From: a virus
Taxonomy: Duplodnaviria > Caudoviricetes
Reading direction: 5' to 3' (one strand)
Length of the DNA stretch: 29,871 nt
IMG/VR virus record: IMGVR_UViG_3300016464_000084
Location: 1-29,871 of that record
The notes under the pieces were generated by a model. It was not told the origin of the DNA. It worked only from the letters and a program-made list of their open reading frames with translations, and did not search any database. Shown here in pieces: positions 1 through 10,700 of this stretch. Positions within the stretch are counted from its first letter, which is position 1; the number at the start of each line of letters is the position of its first letter. The position numbers were made by a program, and so were the translations under genes.

Positions 1-477
1 ATACGTTGTTAGTGCCGGGTTATAGCCCGTCTGTGCTGCCTGCATCTGCGGAGCAGCATACTGTGGGAGACCCGAGACCATCGGGGTGGCGTACTGCGGA
101 ATATCAGTAACCATTGGAGTGGCGTACTGCGGAATATCAGTAACCATTGGAGTGGCATACCGACCGCCCTGAACTTGCTGACTTGCAAACTGCCCAGGGG
201 TATATCCACCCATTAACGCGCCAAGACCGGCCTGCTGCGCGAGAGCAGAACCAACCGCCGTCTGACTGGGGGCACCCAAGCCCATGTAGGCTTGCTGAAT
301 CTGCTGCTCTGCGGGCGTGAAGCCGGCAATGCGCTCTTCAGGGTATGGGGTATATTGCTGATAGGATTGAGCTTGCGCCCGACCCATAAGGTTTTCAAAA
401 TACGGACGCGCGTATTCAGGCAGATTAGTCGTTGTCGACGTAACCTGTTGTGGTCCCGAAGAACTACCGCCGCCCAT
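1..477 (-). CDS. Putative internal virion/DNA ejection (pilot) protein, runs off the left edge; not in ORF track
   Basis: ATG at 477 directly follows the TAA (478-480) of the upstream gene; frame open to base 1: MGGGSSSGPQQVTSTTTNLPEYARPYFENLMGRAQAQSYQQYTPY..., G/Q/A-rich as in podovirus ejection proteins. Confidence 0.8.
   Translation of the reverse strand, partial: MGGGSSSGPQQVTSTTTNLPEYARPYFENLMGRAQAQSYQQYTPYPEERIAGFTPAEQQIQQAYMGLGAPSQTAVGSALAQQAGLGALMGGYTPGQFASQQVQGGRYATPMVTDIPQYATPMVTDIPQYATPMVSGLPQYAAPQMQAAQTGYNPALTTY
86..156. repeat. 33-bp in-frame tandem repeat (YATPMVTDIPQ)
   Basis: GTGGCGTACTGCGGAATATCAGTAACCATTGGA exact at 86-118 and 119-151, with degenerate flanking copies. Confidence 0.95.
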
Positions 478-921
478 TTAACCCTCCAACCCGCTGGTTG
501 CCACCGGCAACTCATAATTCTGCCAGAGAAACCGATACCCGTCGTCTTTAAATACGCGCGCCCAACCGGCGCGTCCGTGGGACTCAATACCATCGCAGTC
601 TGTGTCGTAAGCCCAATGCTGCAATATCTTTAGCATTGGTTCCTTCCAACTCAGCGCGTCTTCGCCCCCGATAAAAGTAAGGTCTAGATACTTCTTGCGA
701 GGGTACTGGTTAAATCCGGTAACTACTGCGCCTTTGATGGTCTTGTCTTTATCGAAGGCAATCCAGAGCTGATAACCATAATCCGTCAAAAGCGTGAGAA
801 TGTCGTCAACTTCGTAGCGGCCATAAGTGTATACAGCGGCTTTCTCGAGGTGTGGACGTGCTTCCGACCAGACATTCATAACGTGTTCCGGAGGCACAGC
901 ACTGACCTGCATTCCACTCAC
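478..921 (-). CDS. Conserved phage protein, probable GNAT-like fold (position comparable to P22 gp14)
   Basis: 147 aa with QLWIAF...GAVVT...LTFIGG...W...CDGIESHGRAGWARV pattern; lies between ejection genes; 4-nt ATGA overlap with upstream gene. Confidence 0.65.
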   Translation of the reverse strand: MSGMQVSAVPPEHVMNVWSEARPHLEKAAVYTYGRYEVDDILTLLTDYGYQLWIAFDKDKTIKGAVVTGFNQYPRKKYLDLTFIGGEDALSWKEPMLKILQHWAYDTDCDGIESHGRAGWARVFKDDGYRFLWQNYELPVATSGLEG

Positions 922-3170
922 GCAAGCCCCCGACGCAGTTTCGTATCCTGCCCACGCTCGGCACTTCGCCGGGCCTTATGGGCTTTGTCCATGAGATCGT
1001 AGAGTTTCTTGGCGCCCTTCTTTCGGTCGCCCTTACCGATCCGCTTTACAGTTTCCGGCGGCATGATAACTTCGTCACGAGCAACGCGAGCTTTCTGGTC
1101 ACCGCCAATGAGAGCTGGGATCGAATCACTGACACCGTCACCGGGACCGTCGAGAGGACGGCCACCCATACGCGCCAAAAGCTCTTTACCAGCATTGCTG
1201 CTTCCATTGCCAAGTTCAGAAACCGTGCGGGCATCCAGCACAAAGGAACCATCGCCCATGTTGACGGAGCCGCCTTCCTTATACCCGTACGCCGGATAAC
1301 CAAAAGCGTAGGGGCTAAACATGGTCTGAACCGTTTGCGTCGTCGGTTGCTCCGGCCGCTGGAAAGCATAATTCCGCTCTCTATACCCATAACCCGACGG
1401 CTGCGCCATTTGAGCCGGTTGAGTCTGCTGTGGCGCGGCAGGGAGCCTACCAATCAGCATGTCGACGTAGTCGGGATCGAGCTTCTGGGAAATAGCAGAA
1501 TTGATGTAGTCAACTTGCTTGGAATACGGCTGTTGCTGCATCCAAGTCTCGAACTTACCGCCACCGAATTCGCCCGTATAACCAGCGCCACGGCGGAACT
1601 GATCCCACGTCGCTTGGTCGGCCAACCCCTGATAAGGGTCAATCTGCTTATTGGCGAGCGGAGAAGTACGGTTCTGGTAGATACCAGCGTAATTAATCGC
1701 CGGAGTTTGAGCTACTGTCGGAGTTTGAGCTACTGTCGGAGTTTGAGCTACTTGCGGGGCCATAAGCGCCCGAATTGGTCCCGGGCTCGAACGACCATAC
1801 GCCATAGCGCTCGGGAGAAAACTACCCAACCCACCGCCAAAAGCAGGGACACCATAATAGCCAGCCATACCACCACCATAGCCGCCACCATAGCCGCCCC
1901 CATAACCACCTCCAAAACCACCATAACCGCCGCCATACATTTGTTGAGGGCTTGCCGAAGGACTGACAGAGGATGCTCCTTTCCCAGAAGACGCAAGAGG
2001 TGCCGAGGAATAACTAGGAGCCGGAGAATAGCTAGGAACCGGCGAAAAGCTCGAGGTATATGGCGAAGTATAAGGAGAACTGGGGGGCATCGCGCTGCCG
2101 CCACCCATACCGCCCTTACCCGACGGGGCCGAGACAGACCCACCACCATCGAATTTTACTTCGCCGCCAGCAGCAAACCCGTACTTTTTACGCTCTTCTT
2201 CAGACAAAGAAGGCAACGGGACATATCCCGGCACCGGGTTTGAAGGGGTAAAGAAATTGAACTCTCTTGTACCATATTGCTGACGTTCTTCTGGGGTCGA
2301 CACCCGCAACGTCCGAGGCGCCGGAACATAGGGGCCAGCGTAATTCGATTTAGCATCCTCAGCCGTCGGCATCGCCAGCTTCGGCTGAAGCGCGCTAGAC
2401 AAGTTACCAAGAATCCCGAGACCAGCCGCATAAGGGGCAGCGCTGGTAAGAAGACTGGGAGTACCCGGCGGGAGACCAGCACGCGAGGCAGTTGAAAACT
2501 TATCGAAAATGCCGAGAGGAGCGTTTTCCACCAGAGGCGGCGGGGTCAAAGCTTTAGCGGCACCAAGAATATTTTCGCCTCCGGCAACGCTCCTTACCCC
2601 AGACAACCCCTGGCCGACCTCGTTCTGGAGGTTAGTGAGTTGAGTATTGGCCGCCTCTTTTGCAGCGATTTCTGCCCCTCCCCCACCCAAACCAAAAGCA
2701 CCGCCCAACGAAGCACCGCCCCAAGCACCAAGGCCCGCCATCAGGCCCTTACCGAGATCACCCGTGGTCGCCGTACCGATAGCGGCGCCACCCAAACCAA
2801 GCATCCAAGGAGCGACTCCGGGAAAAATAAACGAAGCGGCTAGACCACCTAACGTCGGCAGAATCTTACTGAGGAAGCCCGCCTCCGGCAGCCCGGTATG
2901 CGGATTGGTAGACAGCGAACCTCCAGAAGCCGCAGCAAGCTGCTGAAGCCCGCCAACCTCTCCGGGGGTCATATGAACCAGCATCGAATCCTGACCGCGA
3001 CCCATACTCTGGAGCTGATCTGCCATCGGATTGGACATTACGGAAAGTCCTGCAATAGCCGGAAGGCCCCCGGTAGTTCCGGGAATAGGAGCGCCAAGAC
3101 GTGGCGGAGTACCAACCACAGAAGTATTGCGGGCAGCCGCATTAATCGGCGGCATCGTGCGAATATCCAT
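918..3170 (-). CDS. Putative internal virion/ejection protein with repeated GG-associated modules
   Basis: 750 aa, G/A/P/S/Y/Q low complexity, hydrophobic Gly-rich stretch near aa 100-160; modules GRGQDSMLVHMTPGE..NPHTGLPE and GPGDGVSDSIPA..DEVIMP. Confidence 0.7.
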   Translation of the reverse strand: MDIRTMPPINAAARNTSVVGTPPRLGAPIPGTTGGLPAIAGLSVMSNPMADQLQSMGRGQDSMLVHMTPGEVGGLQQLAAASGGSLSTNPHTGLPEAGFLSKILPTLGGLAASFIFPGVAPWMLGLGGAAIGTATTGDLGKGLMAGLGAWGGASLGGAFGLGGGGAEIAAKEAANTQLTNLQNEVGQGLSGVRSVAGGENILGAAKALTPPPLVENAPLGIFDKFSTASRAGLPPGTPSLLTSAAPYAAGLGILGNLSSALQPKLAMPTAEDAKSNYAGPYVPAPRTLRVSTPEERQQYGTREFNFFTPSNPVPGYVPLPSLSEEERKKYGFAAGGEVKFDGGGSVSAPSGKGGMGGGSAMPPSSPYTSPYTSSFSPVPSYSPAPSYSSAPLASSGKGASSVSPSASPQQMYGGGYGGFGGGYGGGYGGGYGGGMAGYYGVPAFGGGLGSFLPSAMAYGRSSPGPIRALMAPQVAQTPTVAQTPTVAQTPAINYAGIYQNRTSPLANKQIDPYQGLADQATWDQFRRGAGYTGEFGGGKFETWMQQQPYSKQVDYINSAISQKLDPDYVDMLIGRLPAAPQQTQPAQMAQPSGYGYRERNYAFQRPEQPTTQTVQTMFSPYAFGYPAYGYKEGGSVNMGDGSFVLDARTVSELGNGSSNAGKELLARMGGRPLDGPGDGVSDSIPALIGGDQKARVARDEVIMPPETVKRIGKGDRKKGAKKLYDLMDKAHKARRSAERGQDTKLRRGLA
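1701..1752. repeat. 18-bp in-frame tandem repeat (VAQTPT x3)
   Basis: CGGAGTTTGAGCTACTGT exact at 1701 and 1719, partial at 1737. Confidence 0.95.
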
Positions 3171-3181
3171 GCTGGCGACCC

Positions 3182-4123
3182 TTATCTAATAAGTACGTTT
3201 ATAGTGCCAATTTGCCCAAAACCAAAGACCGGAAGTGGCGCAACTCTCGTAACTGCTGGGAATTGTGCAGAGACAAACTGCGCAGTCAAAATAACCGAGG
3301 GCGAAGCAGGAATTGCAGGCGTCACGCCTGGGCTGGCAGTAACAGCAGGTACTGTTTTAACAGATACAGCAACATCAGACACACGCCACATAATCTCAAT
3401 GTAGTCGTTATCTGCCAAATCAAGCATAATTGGCGTAACAGCAATAAGATAGGAATAGACTGTAGCAGACTTGCGCGCCGGCAGGCTGAAGCTACTATTA
3501 GAATTGGCTAAGTCATTACCGTTTTTGCGGAACCAAACATCGACTGTTTCTGTATTATTATTAGTATTTTCAAACTGAATGCTGTAGGTAAACAGATAAA
3601 TGCCTTCATGCGTTACATTGATATGCGAACTATTTGACAGGTTAATCCCGTCGGGGAAGTCGCTGGTGTCGTAAGTAAGGGCATAAGCAGTCGCGGTGTC
3701 CGCTGCCGTCTGGTTACTAGTGCTAATAAACTGGTTGTAAGGAGTATTAACGTGTTTGCCGTCGCCATAGAAATTATTGGCATAGACGTTATCGACCATC
3801 AGATCGGCGGAAATCTGCCGGATATTCAAATGGCTCCCCGAGGTGAGCCCCACGGTTCTGACGGTGTTGGCATTTAGCGAGTTGCCAACGCCGTTATTAA
3901 ACTGGAGGGACGAAACAGTCGCATTCGTTGCGGTGATGTTCGTACCCGTAAAGTTACCCCCGATAAACTCGGTAGCCGTATATTGCTGAGCGTGGTTAGG
4001 GGTGTTTGAATCGAGCTGGTTAAAGTAAAGCTCAAGCACGCGGATAACCTGCCGCATATACTGCGGATCCCACTGTGCCGGCGGATTGGGGAGTGGCGCT
4101 GCCCTGAAGTTATCGAGAGCCAT
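3182..4123 (-). CDS. Putative tail needle/spike-like structural protein
   Basis: 313 aa; N-terminal short helix, N/T-rich beta repeats, C-terminal beta-sandwich (GIYLFTYSIQF..VDVWFRKNG..LADNDYIEIMW) resembling C1q/TNF-like folds; overlaps nozzle gene. Confidence 0.6.
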   Translation of the reverse strand: MALDNFRAAPLPNPPAQWDPQYMRQVIRVLELYFNQLDSNTPNHAQQYTATEFIGGNFTGTNITATNATVSSLQFNNGVGNSLNANTVRTVGLTSGSHLNIRQISADLMVDNVYANNFYGDGKHVNTPYNQFISTSNQTAADTATAYALTYDTSDFPDGINLSNSSHINVTHEGIYLFTYSIQFENTNNNTETVDVWFRKNGNDLANSNSSFSLPARKSATVYSYLIAVTPIMLDLADNDYIEIMWRVSDVAVSVKTVPAVTASPGVTPAIPASPSVILTAQFVSAQFPAVTRVAPLPVFGFGQIGTINVLIR

Positions 4124-6041
4124 CAGGACGCCCGTCTAGCCTGTGAGCGCCGCACTGCCATTGTACCCCGAGAGTGTCCGAGGACAGCTTCAAAGCCATT
4201 TGCCGCGCACGGGCGCGGAGGAAGACCTGATTGGTGTACTGCCCAACCGCCGTCTCGATAACCCGCTGAGTATTGGCGGCATCCGGCGTGACAGCACCAC
4301 CCGGAAAGTTACGCGGGCGAATTTGAACTTTAACTTCAGGCTCAGCAGCCGTGGAACCGGCAAAGCTAATGTCGGGGAGGAGACGCCGGATAAGCATGAA
4401 CTTGTCGCCGTCGTCCAGATCAAAGTCCGAGGATTGAATATAGCTCTCCATCGGGGAGCCGTTGGCATCGATACCCGCCTCGTGGTCGTACAGATACCCG
4501 CCGGATTCACCGCCCGTCGTGTTGGCAGCCTGGGGATACTGACGTAACGGGGTGTCAAGCCATGCCGTGCGCTCTATGGTGCCGTAATACCATATACGTT
4601 CTAAGTGGTTATAGATCACATAGGCATTATTATAGTCGCTATCTGCCGTCGGGTAGAACCACCAGATCTCGTTCCATTGCTCATTCGTTCCGCAGATCAC
4701 CTGATCGGCTTGATATAAGTTAATGTTGTTGAATACGTGGTCACGCAACGTGCAAGGCAGCGTCTCCACGCGGCCGGTATAGGCGTAGAACTTATCTTGC
4801 CCCATCCAGTAAGTAATGTTGGCTGCGGACGCCACACACCTTGGGGACATAATCGAGATATTGTCGGCATATTCCTGAAGCCCGAACACGTCGAACGTGC
4901 CAAGGAATTGCAGTGTGTAGAGATTGGTATCCGTCCAAACCAGGATTTCCTGCCGCGTCGGCAGGCCACGGACGATTTTTGAACCGCGAGAAACGCGCAG
5001 ATCGCCAGCCGTGTTGGTCTCCGTCGGGGTCCAGTCCGCCGGAGTATCTTGGTCAGCCCAGCGGATCAAAAGCGGATCAAAGTCAGAAGTGCTGGTACTG
5101 CCGTAAGGAACCGCCCCAAGAGCAATAAGGTGTTTATCCTGCTGCGAAATAAGGAGTTGCATGATCTGCGACGGCACTGCATTGCCGTCGTACCCCTCGG
5201 AAATCGCGTAGTCTTTCAGGCGGACAGCCTTTGTCGTCAGGGCTGTAGCGGGGCTTGTAGAAGTGCCTCGAGACCACCAATAACCTTGCCCGTTACGGAT
5301 GTTCATAACGAGATCATTGTCGAAGTTGTCAAACCACCAATCGCGCTGTGGTAGGTTAACCGGCGATGTAGAACCCGTACCCCACGAGTTACGACCCCAA
5401 GTGCCGGTCCCCCAGCCATAACCAGCCGTGGTAATTCCGTAGCCGGGAGTGATCTCAAAAGACAGGTTGATGGCCGTGCCGCCGGAAGATGCAACACTCG
5501 ACGTCGCCGCCGTGGTCGTTGTAAAGGTAAAAATATAGGGGTCGACAACAGTGATCTCGTGGTCACCGTTGATCTCCGTAATAGGAATACCTCCAATTTT
5601 CTGCGGAGACCCCGATCCCGTAACGCCTGACACAACGACGTAATCACCGGTTACCGCGTTATGCCCTGTAGCACCAAGGTTGATGGTAATCTTGGTTTGG
5701 GTATCCGTAGTATTTACGCAGTTATCCGTAGTGGGTGTGGATAATGTCGGATTGGTATTCCGGAGCGGTGTGATGTCGTAGTAGTTGCCGGCGATCTCGA
5801 TGTAGACCTTGACGTTGGTCCCCACCGCAAGAAGGTTGTCGGCAAACGTAGTAACCCAGTTCCACATCTGTCGGCAATAGCCGATGAACTTCTGGTCAGT
5901 TACACGCAGCCAACCACCAAGCTTCTCGGGAAACCCGGAGCGGAAGCGGATCTTATCGCACGCATACCAACCGCCCTCGTTAGAGTAGTCAGTCTGGTCA
6001 CGATTGACGCCGGGCTTGAAGAGAAGTTTGATGAAGGCCAT
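4110..6041 (-). CDS. Tail nozzle / DNA stabilisation protein (P22 gp10-like)
   Basis: 643 aa; KPGVNRD..EGGWY..DKIRFRSGFPEKLGGW N-terminus, LLIRWADQ, NEIWWFYP, YIQSSDFDL, RARARQ; beta-rich; late-tail position. Confidence 0.75.
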   Translation of the reverse strand: MAFIKLLFKPGVNRDQTDYSNEGGWYACDKIRFRSGFPEKLGGWLRVTDQKFIGYCRQMWNWVTTFADNLLAVGTNVKVYIEIAGNYYDITPLRNTNPTLSTPTTDNCVNTTDTQTKITINLGATGHNAVTGDYVVVSGVTGSGSPQKIGGIPITEINGDHEITVVDPYIFTFTTTTAATSSVASSGGTAINLSFEITPGYGITTAGYGWGTGTWGRNSWGTGSTSPVNLPQRDWWFDNFDNDLVMNIRNGQGYWWSRGTSTSPATALTTKAVRLKDYAISEGYDGNAVPSQIMQLLISQQDKHLIALGAVPYGSTSTSDFDPLLIRWADQDTPADWTPTETNTAGDLRVSRGSKIVRGLPTRQEILVWTDTNLYTLQFLGTFDVFGLQEYADNISIMSPRCVASAANITYWMGQDKFYAYTGRVETLPCTLRDHVFNNINLYQADQVICGTNEQWNEIWWFYPTADSDYNNAYVIYNHLERIWYYGTIERTAWLDTPLRQYPQAANTTGGESGGYLYDHEAGIDANGSPMESYIQSSDFDLDDGDKFMLIRRLLPDISFAGSTAAEPEVKVQIRPRNFPGGAVTPDAANTQRVIETAVGQYTNQVFLRARARQMALKLSSDTLGVQWQCGAHRLDGRPDGSR

Positions 6042-6050
6042 CGTACCTAC

Positions 6051-6320
6051 TCACCTGCCTTTTGTTTTCTCGCGCTCTTCAAGTAGTTGAACTTTAACCT
6101 GAAGTTGGTGGATATCTCGGTAGATTTCTTCTTTCAACAAATGGCGCCGCTCAGCAGAAATCGGGCTGTCCGTGGGGATGCCTTCTTTAGTTATCAACGC
6201 AGGCATAAACTCTTCAATCTTGGTCAGACGTTCGGAGAAGGATGTAACCTGCCCCAAGAGCCACGCAAGCGCGGCGACCACAATCGGAACTACCGCCTTG
6301 AGTACGTCTGACCAAGCCAT
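6051..6320 (-). CDS. Small membrane-anchored coiled-coil protein
   Basis: 89 aa; hydrophobic VVPIVVAALAWLLG followed by heptad-like RLTKIE..LQVKVQLLEER; GGAG upstream. Confidence 0.7.
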   Translation of the reverse strand: MAWSDVLKAVVPIVVAALAWLLGQVTSFSERLTKIEEFMPALITKEGIPTDSPISAERRHLLKEEIYRDIHQLQVKVQLLEEREKTKGR

Positions 6321-6338
6321 AAAGCCGGCTCCGATAGA

Positions 6339-6740
6339 CTAGATAACGATAATGTCCAGGTCGTCATGGCTGTTGGCATACGCAATGGCAGCCGACACCG
6401 ACTCAAAATGCGTTTTCAGACGCTCCAGTTCATCGATATCCAGCACACCGCCGATGGGCTCAACCGACGCCATAATCACCGCGTTGGCATCATCCTTGAA
6501 CTTATTGAGCGCGTGCTGCGCCATGGAGTCCTTGCGGTCGTTGATACCGATAGGAATGACATCCCAAACAATCTCGACCGGGGTCTTACTCAGATCAAAG
6601 CGGTGTGTACCGTAAGACTCCCGCCCATCCTGGATCGGCGGACGAACTTCAACAGCCTCAACCCAAGCAGCCGGGTCCGCTGGCGGGAAGTCAATGCAAC
6701 CCGTCACAACCCCATTATCAACTCTAACCCAATACGCCAT
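6339..6740 (-). CDS. Hypothetical protein, possibly tail-fibre assembly chaperone-like
   Basis: Start re-called at ATG 6740 (MAYWVRVDNGVV), preceded by GGGAGA on the minus strand; 133 aa, acidic. Confidence 0.6.
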   Translation of the reverse strand: MAYWVRVDNGVVTGCIDFPPADPAAWVEAVEVRPPIQDGRESYGTHRFDLSKTPVEIVWDVIPIGINDRKDSMAQHALNKFKDDANAVIMASVEPIGGVLDIDELERLKTHFESVSAAIAYANSHDDLDIIVI

Positions 6741-7794
6741 GAGGAATCTCCCGTGAAAAAGTGTATGTCGGTGTGAACTTTGGTGCGAAGGTTTGGACAG
6801 CGGGCTCACTCGCCGTAAGCAGATCGATCAGGTCGTCGCGGATTGCCTCGAACGGTGCATCCCACTCACCATAAACTTCCTGACGATACAACTTCACCAT
6901 ATCGTACCAAGGAGAATAGCTCCCCGGGAGCGCCCAGAGATAATACGGCATGATAGGAACGACAACCCACGTCGGGACACCTAAAGCCGCCGACAGATGC
7001 GCGACTGCCGTACACGACGTAATGACCAGATCAAGCGAACTAATAAGGTCTGCGGTCGCCCCCCAGTTATCCATAAAGGGCTCGAGATCGGTGACGGAAC
7101 CTGGAAGTGGGACTCGGCCTTCGTCGCGCTGCAAACTGTAGAAGGTAGCGCCTGGGATGTCGGACAGACCAAGCATCAAGTCAGACGGAAACCCGCGATG
7201 CTGCTCGTGCTCAAACTGCGGATTGCCCGCCCAGCGAAGGCCGACACGGAACTTACCGGGAAGCTGTACGTTGTCGGCACGCGGGATAAACGGCATCCCG
7301 GAGAGCATCTGATAATTATAGCCTAGTACCCCGGCAGCCGACATCCCGGGGATCCAGAAGTCGTGGTCTACATGGGCGGCGCCGTCACTGCCGACGAGTG
7401 AATATGATAAACGCCGAAACAGCGGAAACAATTCACGGGAGCAGGAAACGACGACTTTTGCCCCCCGCCGAGCAAAATCTTCCGCGAAACGCACGTTGGC
7501 GATCTGATCGCCATAACCACCTTCGGAACGGAACAGAACGATCTTATCTTTGAGCGGCTCACCGTGCCAAATGGGAGTGCCAGCGCCCAAGGGCGGCAGA
7601 CCGAAGCAATTGATCCACCGACCACAATCGAGCCCGTCGAAACCCCTTTGAAAGTCGCCGTGCCGGAGATCATGCCAGCCGAGATTGAACCGGACGCGCG
7701 GATCGTCTTGCGACTGAGCGCGCAAAATTGCTTCGCTCTCATCCGGGCGTCCGGCAATGCAGGCAGCCAAGGCTACATCAAGCGGGTGCTTCAT
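6724..7794 (-). CDS. TPR + glycosyltransferase family 9-like (GT-B fold) protein
   Basis: RFNLGWHDLRHGDFQRGF, W.GEPL, EGGYGDQIANVRF, VGLRWAGNP, FYSLQ, TADLISSLDLVITSCTAVAHLSAALGVPTW, SPWY. Confidence 0.85.
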   Translation of the reverse strand: MKHPLDVALAACIAGRPDESEAILRAQSQDDPRVRFNLGWHDLRHGDFQRGFDGLDCGRWINCFGLPPLGAGTPIWHGEPLKDKIVLFRSEGGYGDQIANVRFAEDFARRGAKVVVSCSRELFPLFRRLSYSLVGSDGAAHVDHDFWIPGMSAAGVLGYNYQMLSGMPFIPRADNVQLPGKFRVGLRWAGNPQFEHEQHRGFPSDLMLGLSDIPGATFYSLQRDEGRVPLPGSVTDLEPFMDNWGATADLISSLDLVITSCTAVAHLSAALGVPTWVVVPIMPYYLWALPGSYSPWYDMVKLYRQEVYGEWDAPFEAIRDDLIDLLTASEPAVQTFAPKFTPTYTFSREIPHGVLG

Positions 7795-10700
7795 TGGAAA
7801 TAGCCGCCAAGAAAGTTCGTACCGTTTGCGGCTTTGATTGCCGTATAAGAACCCAGTTGGACTGGTGAAGACCTGACCGTCGTGTTTCCAGTTCCTAACT
7901 GTCCGGCAGTATTCACCCCCGCGACAAACAGCGCGCTGTTAAGTCCGCCATCCGCGCCAGCCACTCTAATTGCGCAGAGATTTGAAGCCCCAGAACTCCC
8001 AAACACCTGAGACCATGTAGTAAGTGAGCCAATCTGCACGGGGGATGATTTACTGACTGCTGAGCTGTCACCCAGCCGCCCGCTAGAGTTATCTCCCCAA
8101 GCCCACAAAGTTCCGTCGCTCTTAACTGCGTAAGACGAATATATTCCTGCGACTATATTTGCCGTCCAATTAGTCAGAGAGCCCACTTGGTTCGGGGAGG
8201 ACGTATTCGTTGTATTACCACTACCAAGCTGCCCAAAGACGTTATTACCCCAAGCCCACAGCGTCCCGTTTGTTTTAGTGGCAATTGCAAATGCGTTTCC
8301 AAAAGCCGCAGCCGACCAGTTCGTACCGGTACCTAGTTGAACCGGGGACGACCTATTTGTAGTATCCCCAAGGCCCAGCTCTCCATTTGCGTTGTACCCC
8401 CAAACCCACAGCGTGCCATCAGTTTTAAGGGCGGCAGCAGAATTATCGCCGGCAAAAACTTTCGACCATGTAGTAAGCGCACCGACCTGGATCGGAGAAG
8501 ATTTGGCTACCGTAGTCCCGTCACCGAGATTGCCGTAAACATTATAACCCCACGCCCAGAGTGTACCGTCGGTCTTAATGGCGTACCCGGTAGAGTTTCC
8601 CAAAGATAGTTTAGACCAGTTAGTCAACGCGCCGATCTGAATCGGTGAAGATTTAGCTGCCGTAGTTCCATCACCAAGCTTGCCGTTAGAACCCTGACCC
8701 CACATCCAGAGTGTGCCATCAGACTTGACAACGCCGGCAAAACCATTCCCATAAAAAACATCAGACACACTCGTCACCGTTCCGGAGACCTGAACCGGAG
8801 AAGATTTCGACGCTGTCGAGCTATCTCCAAGCTGCCCGGAAGTGCCAAGACCCCAAGACCAGAGGGATAGCGTATTTTGGGCAGAGTCGACGGTGTTGAA
8901 CAGAATTCGAGCATTCCCCACCGCAGCGAGATTTACTTTGTACGTATTCAAACCGCCAACCTGAATTGGGGAACTTTTATCGACCGTCGTGCCGTCGCCT
9001 AATTGGCCGCTACCGTTTGCGCCCCAGACCCAAAGTGCGTTGCCGGTTGTGAGTCCTCCAGCATTGGCTGAGGCTTGCGAGGTATAAACGCTTGCCCACG
9101 TTGTCAATGCACCGACCTGAACCGGGGAAGAACGGCTTGCAGTAGCACCGCTACCCAACACCCCAGAAGTACCCGCCCCCCAACTCCAAAGGGTTCCATC
9201 GGTTTTAATCGCGAAGGAAGACCGATTTCCAGAGGCAACACTTGACCATGTAGTCAACGCGCCAATCTGGATCGGAGAACTTTTACTGGTTGCAGTTCCA
9301 TCTCCAAGCTGCCCGGAAGTGCCAAGACCCCAACCCCAAAGCGTTCCATCAGTTTTCACAGCAAGCGAAGTGCTATCGCCAGCAGAAATGCTTGCCCAAT
9401 TTGTCAGAGCACCGACTTGAACCGGAGATGAATAGTCTGTGGTATCTCCTAAGCCCAACTGTCCATAGTCATTGCGGCCCCAAGCCCACAACGTGCCGTC
9501 AGTTTTGAGCGCCAAACTATGTGCGTATCCCGCAGCTACTTTTGACCATGTTGTCAACGCGCCGATCTGAATCGGGGAGCTTTTATCGACAACAGTTCCG
9601 TCGCCGAGTTGGCCGTAGTTATTGTATCCCCAAGCCCAGAGCGAGCCGTCGGTCTTGGTGGTAAGATTGAAGAGATATCCTACGGACACAGTCGCCCAGG
9701 ACGTAAGCGCTCCAACTTGGCTGGGAGACGACCTATTCGATACGGTTCCTAAACCCAAGGCCCCTTGGCTACCTTGTCCCCACGCCCAAAGGGTTCCATC
9801 AGTCTTAATAGACATAGTGTGGTAGAGGGCAGCAATAGACGACGCAGTATTAAAAGCGCCGCCACCAACCTGTACCGGAGAAGAATACGCACCTAGGGTG
9901 TTATATACCGCAAGCTGTCCTTGAGCATTGCTTCCCATACCACGCAGTGTGGGGACAAGAACATCTAGCGCGTTTGACGGGTAAGACCTTCCCGAACCCC
10001 AAATGATGCGAACCGCTCCAGGACCGCCAGGACTTGTCTGCGAATAAGTCGCACCGGCGCTGTCGTAGGTATAGCTACCACCTCCACCAAAAAACGGCCC
10101 AAAATTGCCAGCGGAATAATCACTCAATCCGCCGGAACCTCCGCCGCCCGCAGCGCCCGCTACACCAGAACCACTGGTGCCAGTACCCTTTACACCAGTA
10201 CCGCCACCTGGATAACCGATGTAATTAGCGCCCGCCGTGTCGCTATAACCGCCGCCAGCGCTGCTGCCACCAGTACCGTTACTGCCAGCGCCAGTTCCCG
10301 CAGACTGCGGGTTAGATGCACCAGCACCACCAGCGCCAGAATACCCGCCGGCACCGCCGCCACCAGCGCCTTTAGAAGCATGGCCGGCACCGCCGTTACC
10401 GCCACCGTCGCCCGTACCACCAGAACCACCCGCGCCACCAGCAATATCTGTAGCGTTACCGCCACCTTTAGCGACAACAGTCGTACTATTAAACGTGCTC
10501 TGGGCGCCGCCGGAATTTCCAACGGCGACGGTAATTGAAGAGCCTGGAGTTACAGTAATATTGTTTTTATACCGCAGCTCTCCGCCGCCACCGCTATAAC
10601 CGCTAACATCGCTACCAGTCCCACCATTTCCGATGCAGCAAACGCTAACCGAATTAACACCCGTCGGAACAACCCAAGTTACCGTACCTGAACCTACAAA

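Noticed and set aside
86-156. 33-bp and 36-bp (23919) repeats as CRISPR arrays
   Set aside because: Directly tandem with no spacers, in frame within coding sequence, and no cas genes
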